Shown piece after piece: positions 38,543 to 45,700 of a stretch of 48,717 bases of DNA. The DNA lies in assembly GCA_963592385.1 (NCBI GenBank), contig CAVAWX010000002.1, positions 1-48,717 on the forward strand, read 5' to 3'. The stretch is from Acidaminococcaceae bacterium. GTDB taxonomy: Bacteria > Actinomycetota > Coriobacteriia > Coriobacteriales > QAMH01. The number at the start of each line of letters is the position of its first letter. Position 1 is the first letter of the stretch. The notes beneath the pieces are model-generated. The model had not been told where the DNA came from. It searched no databases and was given only the letters and a program-made list of their open reading frames with translations. The translations under genes and the position numbers were made by a program.

Positions 38543-38548
38543 ATTCTA
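38543..38548 (-). promoter_or_regulatory. Candidate -10 box giving a leaderless helicase mRNA
   Basis: On the minus strand, TAGAAT is followed by 7 nt (cgcccgc) and then the helicase ATG (38535). No SD is present. Confidence 0.35.
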
Positions 38549-38752
38549 CCAGCCCCCGGCCGCCGCGCTTCCCGCGCGAGCTGCGCTTGAATCTTGCGTT
38601 TGGTGAACGGCGCGCGCGACTGTGCGCGACCACGCGCGCGACCGCCTTTCCGAACGCCGTCAACATGTCCGCTCGTGCGGCGGGGCGGGTGGCGAGCCGC
38701 GCTAGAATACGATGCGTCGGATGCGGGATTTCACCACGAGGAGGGTTTCACC

Positions 38753-39001
38753 ATGGCGCAGGAAAAACCGGTTCTCTACTACTGGGGCCCGTGCCCCACG
38801 TGCGCGTTGGTCGTCGATTTCGCCGAGCAGCACGGCATCGAGCTGGACAAGCGCGACGTCGAGCAGCAAGGGCCTTTCGACGAGCTGTGCGCGCTGGGCG
38901 GCGACGCGAACCAGATCCCCTATCTCTACGCGGACGGCCAGCTCGTCCAAGGCGTCGAGGCGGCAAACGCCTACCTGCAAGAGCACTTCGCCTCCGCGTG
39001 A
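38753..39001 (+). CDS. Glutaredoxin/NrdH-like small thioredoxin-fold protein
   Basis: 82 aa. CPTC redox motif near the N-terminus (VLYYWGPCPTCALV). GAGGAGGG SD. Confidence 0.7.
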   Translation: MAQEKPVLYYWGPCPTCALVVDFAEQHGIELDKRDVEQQGPFDELCALGGDANQIPYLYADGQLVQGVEAANAYLQEHFASA

Positions 39002-39073
39002 ACATGTGAGCGGCAACGCAGGCGCGGCGGCAGTTGTACCGAGGGCGCTGGGGCCTTCGGGATCGAGAAAGGG

Positions 39074-40144
39074 GTGCGCGACGTGGTGGATGAGCTTTCA
39101 AACTCTGAAGGGCGCGAGATCGTTTCCGAGGAGTTCTACAGGCAGGTCTCCTCGATTTTGAGTGCTGCCCGCAGCAAGGCGTATGCGGCCGTCAACTTCG
39201 CCATGGTCGAGGCGTACTGGGAGATCGGACGCAGCATCATCGAGCAGCAGGGCGGTGAAGACCGGGCCGGGTACGGCGATGCGCTCGTGGAAGGGCTTGC
39301 TGCCAAGCTAACAAAAGACTTTGGGAGCGGCTTCGACGTTAGAAACCTGCGTTTCATGCGCCAGTTCTACCTTGCGTTCCCAATTCGGAACGCACTGCGT
39401 ACCGAATTGAGTTGGACCCATTACCGCAGGCTGTCGCGCATAGAGGACGTCGACGCGCGCATGTGGTACATGAACGAGTGCGCCGATTCGCGCTGGAGCA
39501 CGCGCCAGCTCGAGCGCCAAATCAACACGATGTTTCGCGAACGCCTGCTTGCCAGCAGGGACAAGGAGACCGTCGCGGCCGAGATCCAGAAAAGCGCTCC
39601 GCCAAAACGCCCCGAGGACATCATCCGCGACCCCTACGTGCTCGAGTTTCTGGGCTTTTCGGACGATCCCGCGTTTCGCGAGGACGGCCTCGAGCAGGCG
39701 CTCATCACGCACTTGCAGAAATTCCTGCTCGAGCTTGGCCGCGGCTTCACCTTCGAGGCGCGCCAGAAGCGCATTACCTTCGACGGCCGCCACTTCTACA
39801 TCGACCTCGTGTTCTACAACTACCGCATGCGCTGCTTCGTGCTCATAGACCTCAAGACCGGCGACCTCACGCACCAGGACCTGGGCCAGATGCAGATGTA
39901 CGTGAACTACTACACGCGCGAGCTGATGAACGAGGGCGACAATCCACCCATCGGCATCGTGCTGTGCGCCGACAAGAGCGATTCCATCGTGGAGTACACC
40001 CTGCCGCAGGACAACGAGCAGGTCTTCGCGGCCAAGTACCTGCCGTATCTTCCGAGCAAGGAAGAGCTGGCGCGCGAGCTGAGCGCCGAATACCGCGCAC
40101 TCGACGAGTCGGCCGCCGGAAAGGAAGAACATGAGCAGGACTGA
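39074..40144 (+). CDS. YhcG-like PDDEXK nuclease domain protein (DUF1016)
   Basis: N-terminal helical DUF1016 part (YAAVNFAMVEAYWEIGRSI...NLRFMRQFY). C-terminal PD-(D/E)xK core (FLLELGRGFTFEARQKRITFDGRHFYIDLVFYNYRMRCFVLIDLK...GQMQMYVNYY). The true start may be GTG 39083 or 39086. Confidence 0.85.
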   Translation: MRDVVDELSNSEGREIVSEEFYRQVSSILSAARSKAYAAVNFAMVEAYWEIGRSIIEQQGGEDRAGYGDALVEGLAAKLTKDFGSGFDVRNLRFMRQFYLAFPIRNALRTELSWTHYRRLSRIEDVDARMWYMNECADSRWSTRQLERQINTMFRERLLASRDKETVAAEIQKSAPPKRPEDIIRDPYVLEFLGFSDDPAFREDGLEQALITHLQKFLLELGRGFTFEARQKRITFDGRHFYIDLVFYNYRMRCFVLIDLKTGDLTHQDLGQMQMYVNYYTRELMNEGDNPPIGIVLCADKSDSIVEYTLPQDNEQVFAAKYLPYLPSKEELARELSAEYRALDESAAGKEEHEQD

Positions 40145-40282
40145 TACTGGGGTTTTCGGACTCGTCTGGTGCGCTGCCACGCTTGTCTGCGAGCGCAGGC
40201 TCCGTGGCTTCTGTCCCGCCTATTATAAGGAGGCAATTTGTCGAATGCGGTCTGACGAAGTTGCCGCCGGGAGGGGTGAGTG

Positions 40283-41155
40283 ATGAACGGAGTAACGGAG
40301 CATTCCGGTGAGATGGGCGCCAACAAGAAGCCCTGGCAGCTTGAGCTTGGGGAATACATCCGGCAAGGCGAGCCGGGCAGGGTGCAGAAGGCGGAGTCGT
40401 GGCAAACGGCCATCGGCCTGCAGCAGGTCGACGGCCTCGAGGTGTCCGACTACCTGCTCGACACCGCCAAGCTGCACGTTGAAGGCGACATCGACACGCA
40501 GGGCGCGCGCGAGCGCATCGAGAGCTACTACGAGCAGCGCCGCAGCAGGGGCGTCGTGGAGGACGGGACCGAGGAGGCCGACCTCGTCTCCCAGCGCATC
40601 GTCGAGCTGCTCGGCGAGCGGGCTTTCACGCTCTCGCCGCTGGCCTGGATGGGGATCCACCGCCGCCTCTTCGAAGGTATCTTCGACGGTGCGGGAAAGC
40701 CCCGCGACTACAACATCACCAAGGAGGAATGGGTGCTCAACGGCGACACGGTGACGTACGCGCCTTGCTCCGACCTCATGCCGACCCTCGAGTACGACTT
40801 CGACCGCGAGAGGGCGTTCTCGTATGCCGGGCTTTCAATCGAGGAAGCCGTCGAGCATCTCGCGCGCTTCGCCGCCGGCATCTGGCAGATTCACCCCTTC
40901 TGCGAGGGCAACACCCGCTCGACGGCCGTGCTGCTCATCAAGTACCTGCGCAGCATGGGTTTCGAGGCCGGCAACGAGCCCTTCGAGAGCAACTCCTGGT
41001 TTTTCCGAAACGCGCTCGTCCGCGCCAACTACGCGAATTACGAGGCGTCCGTGCATCCCACGTTGAAGCCGTTGACGGATTTTCTAGACAACGTCATGAC
41101 CGGCGCGAGGCACCCGCTGCGCAACAGGGAGCTTCACGTCGACTATTCCCGATGA
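40283..41155 (+). CDS. Fic domain protein with a VbhA-like N-terminal segment and a non-canonical Fic motif
   Basis: Fic motif HPFCEGNTRSTA at 40892-40927. N-terminal segment WQTAIGLQQVDGLEVSDYLLDTAKLHVEGDIDTQGARERIESYY. GGGAGGGG SD lies 6 nt before the ATG. Confidence 0.88.
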   Translation: MNGVTEHSGEMGANKKPWQLELGEYIRQGEPGRVQKAESWQTAIGLQQVDGLEVSDYLLDTAKLHVEGDIDTQGARERIESYYEQRRSRGVVEDGTEEADLVSQRIVELLGERAFTLSPLAWMGIHRRLFEGIFDGAGKPRDYNITKEEWVLNGDTVTYAPCSDLMPTLEYDFDRERAFSYAGLSIEEAVEHLARFAAGIWQIHPFCEGNTRSTAVLLIKYLRSMGFEAGNEPFESNSWFFRNALVRANYANYEASVHPTLKPLTDFLDNVMTGARHPLRNRELHVDYSR

Positions 41156-41225
41156 ACGCCCCTGCATTCAGGCCCCGAAACCAGGCGAGCCCCTTTGTAA
41201 AATATATTCCAGGAGGTGGCAAACG

Positions 41226-41573
41226 ATGAACTGCCCTGAATGCAACGCTGCGACTATTTCTAGGATCGAGGGGTCGAGCCTGGTTATTGAATGCCCGGAC
41301 TGCGGGTGGTCAGTCGTGACCAGCTACATTGACCCGATGTATGAAGACCAGACGGTTTACTCCGTTCGTGTCGGGATCAACGAGACCCCGGGCAAAGAGG
41401 CTCTCAAGGCCGTGTCCCATATTGCGGGAGGGAATTTCATTTCCGCGAAGCATATTCTCGAGACTCCGGGGTCAGAACTTATCGAAGGAAAGGCGCCGGT
41501 TGTCAAGAGCTGCCTCGAAGAGCTTGCGGGCGCCGGTGTCAACTTTGTGGTGACCCCTGAATTTCCCTTCTAG
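41226..41573 (+). CDS. Small protein: N-terminal CxxC...CxxC zinc ribbon plus an L7/L12 C-terminal-domain-like half
   Basis: AGGAGGTGG SD at 41211-41219. CPEC(17)CPDC. Residues from about 45 to 111 align without gaps, by eye, to the L7/L12 CTD. More A/T-ending codons than its neighbours. Confidence 0.6.
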   Translation: MNCPECNAATISRIEGSSLVIECPDCGWSVVTSYIDPMYEDQTVYSVRVGINETPGKEALKAVSHIAGGNFISAKHILETPGSELIEGKAPVVKSCLEELAGAGVNFVVTPEFPF

Positions 41574-41580
41574 CGCAAGC

Positions 41581-41616
41581 GAGTGAGTGATTGATTGAGT
41601 GATTGATTGATTGATG
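41581..41616 (+). repeat. Tetranucleotide tract (GAGT/GATT), 9 units
   Basis: GAGT GAGT GATT GATT GAGT GATT GATT GATT GATG. This places TGA in all three frames just after the stop of the ZnR gene. Confidence 0.85.
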
Positions 41617-41659
41617 TCGAGTCCCTGGTGCGATGTGCGTCGGAGACTCGACTTTCTTT
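41616..41659 (+). terminator. Possible terminator of the accessory three-gene unit
   Basis: GTCGAGTC (41616-41623) pairs with GACTCGAC (41645-41652), then TTTCTTT. The 21-nt loop is long, so confidence is moderate. Confidence 0.4.
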
Positions 41660-41918
41660 AGCCGATTTTGCGCTTCAGGTCGGGCGCCGCGTGTTCTTTG
41701 TGTTGCCTCTGCTGCTTACGGCATTGGTTTGAGTGCCTCTTGGCTTTTGAACTAGGCAAGTCCCTGACCCATTATAATTTCGGGGTGAAAAGGTCTTTGG
41801 AAACAGGGCATTCGATTTGGACTCGCGCAACGCCCGGCTGCTCGTGCATCTGGACGCCGAGGGGGATTTCATGCGCGACGTCATAAGCGTGGTGAAAAGT
41901 TTCTACTGAGTCGGTGCA

Positions 41919-42008
41919 GCAAAGGCCGGCGGGGAAGTTGACGCGGCGCGACATGGCAAAGGCCGCCTGGAAGGCTAGCGGGGCGCGGGGCGGCAAAAGC
42001 CGGCGGGG
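41919..42008 (+). repeat. Three phased direct repeats, GCAAAGGCCG-like, at 37-bp spacing
   Basis: GCAAAGGCCGGCGGGG (41919), GCAAAGGCCGCC (41956), GCAAAAGCCGGCGGGG (41993). They lie in the alaA upstream region. Confidence 0.6.
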
Positions 42009-42152
42009 CTTTTGGTATCCTGCACGGAAAGCGAAACGCGGCGCGCGTGCGAGGCCGCGCGAGTACGAGGCGGCGCGCGTGCAAACGGACACGTCGTGCG
42101 CGGGCAAACGCACACGCCGCGCGCGCAGGCGAGACGGGAAGGCGGGGCGCAT

Positions 42153-43367
42153 ATGCGCAAGTTCAACAAATCATCCAAGCTGCACGGCGTGGGCTACGAC
42201 GTGCGCGGGCCTGTGGTCGAAGAGGCCGCCCGCATGGAGCAGATGGGCACGCACGTCCTGAAGCTCAACATCGGCAACCCCGCGCCCTTCGGTTTCCGCA
42301 CCCCCGACGAGGTCGTCTACGACATGTCGCGCCAGCTGACCGACTGCGAGGGCTACTCGCCGTCCAAGGGCCTGTACTCGGCGCGCAAGGCCATCATGCA
42401 GTACGCGCAGACCCGCCACCTGCCCAACGTCGACATCGAGCACATCTACACGGGCAACGGCGTCTCCGAGCTGATCAACCTGTGCCTGCAGGCCCTGCTC
42501 GACGACGGCGACGAGATCTTGATCCCGGCGCCCGACTACCCGCTGTGGACGGCCTGCGCGACGCTTGCCGGCGGACGCCCCGTCCACTACGTCTGCGACG
42601 AGGAGGCCGACTGGCTGCCCGACATGGACGACCTGCGCGCGAAGGTCTCCGAGCGCACGAAGGCCATCGTCATCATCAACCCGAACAACCCCACGGGCGC
42701 CCTCTACCCCAAGGAGCTGCTGGAGCAGATCGTCGAGCTGGCCCGCGAGAAGGAGCTGATCATCTTCTCCGACGAGATCTACGACCGCCTGGTCATGGAC
42801 GACGCCGAGTTCACCTCCATCGCCTCGCTGGCGCCCGACCTGTTCTGCGTCACCTTTTCCGGTCTGTCCAAATCGCACATGATCGCGGGCTACCGCGTGG
42901 GATGGATGGTGCTGTCCGGCAACCTCGACGCCGGCCGCGGCTACATCGAGGGCCTCGACATGCTCTCGAACATGCGCCTGTGCTCGAACGTGCCGGCGCA
43001 GTCCATCATCCAGACGGCGCTGTGGGGCCACCAGAGCGTGAAGGACTACGTGGTGCCGGGCGGGCGCGTGCTCGAGCAGCGCGATTTCGTCTACAACTCG
43101 CTGAAGGAGATCGACGGCATATCCGTGGTGAAGCCCAAGGCCGCCTTCTACATCTTCCCCAAGCTCGACGTGGGTAAGTTCAACATCACCGACGACGTGC
43201 AGTTCGCGCTGGATCTGCTGAAGGAGAAGAAGGTGCTCGTCGTGCAGGGCACGGGCTTCAACTGGGGCGCGCCCGACCACTTCCGCATCGTCTACCTGCC
43301 GCGCATCGACATCCTGCACGAGGCCGTCTCGAAGATCGCCGACTTCCTCGACGGGTATCGGCAATAG
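42153..43367 (+). CDS. alaA: Glutamate-pyruvate aminotransferase AlaA-type (PLP class I)
   Basis: Near-colinear by-eye match to the remembered E. coli AlaA (KLNIGNPAPFGF, GYSPSKGLYSARKAIMQY, IINPNNPTGALY, SGLSKSHMIAGYRVGW, DHFRIVYLPR). Confidence 0.92.
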   Translation: MRKFNKSSKLHGVGYDVRGPVVEEAARMEQMGTHVLKLNIGNPAPFGFRTPDEVVYDMSRQLTDCEGYSPSKGLYSARKAIMQYAQTRHLPNVDIEHIYTGNGVSELINLCLQALLDDGDEILIPAPDYPLWTACATLAGGRPVHYVCDEEADWLPDMDDLRAKVSERTKAIVIINPNNPTGALYPKELLEQIVELAREKELIIFSDEIYDRLVMDDAEFTSIASLAPDLFCVTFSGLSKSHMIAGYRVGWMVLSGNLDAGRGYIEGLDMLSNMRLCSNVPAQSIIQTALWGHQSVKDYVVPGGRVLEQRDFVYNSLKEIDGISVVKPKAAFYIFPKLDVGKFNITDDVQFALDLLKEKKVLVVQGTGFNWGAPDHFRIVYLPRIDILHEAVSKIADFLDGYRQ

Positions 43368-43399
43368 GAGGAGGGGGCGGCCTTCGCCCCTTCACCCTG

Positions 43400-45607
43400 C
43401 TATTTCTGCTGCAAAAGCGGCGAAAGCGTGCCGCAGGCCAGCACGGACACCTCGCTCGTGGCGCGCGATATGGCCGTGTAGAGCCTGCGCCGCGCAAGGC
43501 CCGTGGCGGGATAGACCCGCGCGTCGGCATCGGCCACCACCACGCGGTCGAACTCGAGGCCCTTTGCGTGGGGCAGGTCGATGACGAAGACCCCGGCCGC
43601 CGGCAGCGGGTCGTCCGCGCTGTCCACGCAGGCCAGCCCTCCCAGCGCCTCGGCCAGCGCCCGCGCTCTCTTCTTGCCGGGCGCGATCACCGCGCACAGC
43701 CCCTCCTTGCCGCGCGCCGCGTCCACGCGCTGCGCCAGCGCCGCAAGGTAGGCCTCCTTGTCTGCCGCCACGACGATGTCCGGCGCCGCGCCCTCGCGCT
43801 GCACCGAGTCGGCGTGCACCTGCGCCCCCTCGTCGAGCAGCGAGGCGAACAGCTCGGTCACCTGCGGGGTGCAGCGGTAGCTCGTGGCCAGGCGCATCTC
43901 GCAGACCCCGCCGTGCGAGGCGGTGAACACGTCTTTCACCTGCGCAAAGCTCGCGCAGCCCTCGCGTATGGCCTGGTTTTCGTCGCCCAGCAGCAGGAAA
44001 TGCGCCCGGGGGAACTGCGCCGCGAGCACCATGAGCTGCGCCTCGCTGTAGTCCTGCACCTCGTCCACCATCACGTAGCGCACCTCGCGCTCGGCCACGT
44101 CGGCCACGAGCAGGCGCAGGTACATCCACGTGGGCGCGTCGAGCGAGCCGGCGCCCAGCAGCCGCATGCCCAGCTTGTCGAAGGCGATCCACGCCCCGGC
44201 GTCCACCAGCTCGTGCGCCGGCTGCCCGTAGACGACCTCGGCATAGCGGCGCAGCAGCCGCGCGGCCGTCTCGTCGTCTTCCTCGTCGAGGTCGACCGTG
44301 CGCCCGAACACCTCCATCATCGCGGGGATGTCGAGCGCCTCCACCTCGCGGCGCAGGCCGTCCTCGTGCGCGAGCTTCTTCACCCGCCCGTCGAGGCGCG
44401 CGTGCAGCTCGTCGCCTGCCAGCGCGGCCAGGCGCGGGCTGGGGGCGATGCGCTTGAACTTGCCCAAGATGCCCTTTATCTGGTTCACCGACACGAGCGT
44501 GCGCCCGCCGACGCGCAGCGGCTTGAGGTCGCCCGTCTCCAGTTGCGCGCCCGCTACCAGCGCCTCCAGCCGCCGCATCTGCTCCGCGCTGTCCTCGCCG
44601 CCGGCCGCGCGTCCGCCCAGCTCGAGCGAGGCGGCCAGCGCGTCCCAGGTCAGGATGCGCGGGTTTCGCTCGCCCATGCCCGGCAGCACGTCGGCGATGT
44701 AGCTCGAGAACAGCGGGGAAGGGGTGAACAGGCGTATCGCGTCGGCGTCGAGGGTCTTGCGGTCCTGGTAGAGCAGCCAGGCGATGCGCTGGAGCATGAC
44801 CGAGGTCTTGCCCGAGCCGGCGACGCCGTTCACCAACATGGCGGGCACGTCCTCGTGGCGCACGATCTCGTTTTGCTCGCGCTGTATGGTCTGGGTGATG
44901 TCGCGCAGCTTGTCGGAGTGCCGCGACGACAGCGCCTTCAGCAGCAGCGGGTCTTGGATGGCCACGGTCGTGTCGAAGCAGGCCTTCAGCTCGGCGCCCT
45001 CGATGTCGAACTGGCGGCGCACCCGCAAATCGCAGGAGATCTCGCGCCCGTTTGCCACATACGAGGTCGCGCCCGTGCTCTGGTTGTAGTAGGTCTCGGC
45101 CACGGGGCTGCGCCAGTCCACGACGATCTGCTCCATCGTGTCCGGGTCGCCCATGCCCGCGCGCCCGATGTAGACGTCGTCTTCCTTGCCCAGGCGGGGG
45201 AAGTACAGCTTCACCTTGGCGAAGTAGGGGCGCTGCAAGAGCAGGTAGGCGCGGCGCAGGTCCTCCACGAGCGTGGCCTGGCGCCGGTTGTAGAGGTCGA
45301 TCACGTCGCTCACGCCCTTCATCTCGGTGAGGGACTCCTGGTCCATCACGTCGTCGGCGAAGTCGAGCGTCAGCTCCTCGTTCATGCTGTGCACGTCGGC
45401 GGCCGCGGCGGCCTCGTTTTCCGCGCGCTTTTTCTCCAGCTCGTCTTTTATCTCGGACAGCCGCGCGTGCGTCGCGCTCAGGTGCGCCTGCTCGGCGGCG
45501 AACACCTCGTCTTGGTCGGTGGTGAAAGCCTCGTCCACTTCATGCTCCTCGTCGGTCGTGTTCGGTGAAAGGGGGCGCGGCGCGTTGAAGCTGCGCCCCT
45601 TCATCAT
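43400..45607 (-). CDS. helD: UvrD-like helicase, HelD type (RNA polymerase recycling ATPase / helicase IV family)
   Basis: 735 aa. Walker A VNGVAGSGKTSV, VMVDEVQDYS, and the C-terminal GLEFDRVVV. Confidence 0.85.
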   Translation of the reverse strand: MMKGRSFNAPRPLSPNTTDEEHEVDEAFTTDQDEVFAAEQAHLSATHARLSEIKDELEKKRAENEAAAAADVHSMNEELTLDFADDVMDQESLTEMKGVSDVIDLYNRRQATLVEDLRRAYLLLQRPYFAKVKLYFPRLGKEDDVYIGRAGMGDPDTMEQIVVDWRSPVAETYYNQSTGATSYVANGREISCDLRVRRQFDIEGAELKACFDTTVAIQDPLLLKALSSRHSDKLRDITQTIQREQNEIVRHEDVPAMLVNGVAGSGKTSVMLQRIAWLLYQDRKTLDADAIRLFTPSPLFSSYIADVLPGMGERNPRILTWDALAASLELGGRAAGGEDSAEQMRRLEALVAGAQLETGDLKPLRVGGRTLVSVNQIKGILGKFKRIAPSPRLAALAGDELHARLDGRVKKLAHEDGLRREVEALDIPAMMEVFGRTVDLDEEDDETAARLLRRYAEVVYGQPAHELVDAGAWIAFDKLGMRLLGAGSLDAPTWMYLRLLVADVAEREVRYVMVDEVQDYSEAQLMVLAAQFPRAHFLLLGDENQAIREGCASFAQVKDVFTASHGGVCEMRLATSYRCTPQVTELFASLLDEGAQVHADSVQREGAAPDIVVAADKEAYLAALAQRVDAARGKEGLCAVIAPGKKRARALAEALGGLACVDSADDPLPAAGVFVIDLPHAKGLEFDRVVVADADARVYPATGLARRRLYTAISRATSEVSVLACGTLSPLLQQK

Positions 45608-45700
45608 GCTCGTCTGGCGCCGCCCGGGTGGGCGCGGGCGCGATGCCGTGCCCCGTCCGGATGCGGCGCGTGTCCGCGCGTGTCCGCGCCTGCCCGCCCT

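Noticed and set aside
41772-42152. 126-aa minus-strand ORF in the ZnR-alaA gap. Its C-terminal 59 codons (from ATG near 41954) have a less biased composition (…VETFHHAYDVAHEIPLGVQMHEQPG…) and could be a gene remnant.
   Set aside because: The N-terminal half is an Arg-rich GC artefact. There is no SD before the internal ATG, and I recognise no family. I cannot support it as a gene, though a homology search of the 59-aa part would be cheap.
39002-42152. Mobile-element boundaries (integrase, transposase, att-like direct repeats, tRNA target) around the accessory insert.
   Set aside because: None found by eye. The insert is called accessory only on composition and gene content.
43374-43390. GC hairpin (GGGGCG / CGCCCC) between the convergent alaA and helD genes, considered as a bidirectional intrinsic terminator.
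   Set aside because: The stem is only 6 bp and there is no U-tract on either strand. It may still pause or terminate transcription, but I cannot call it.
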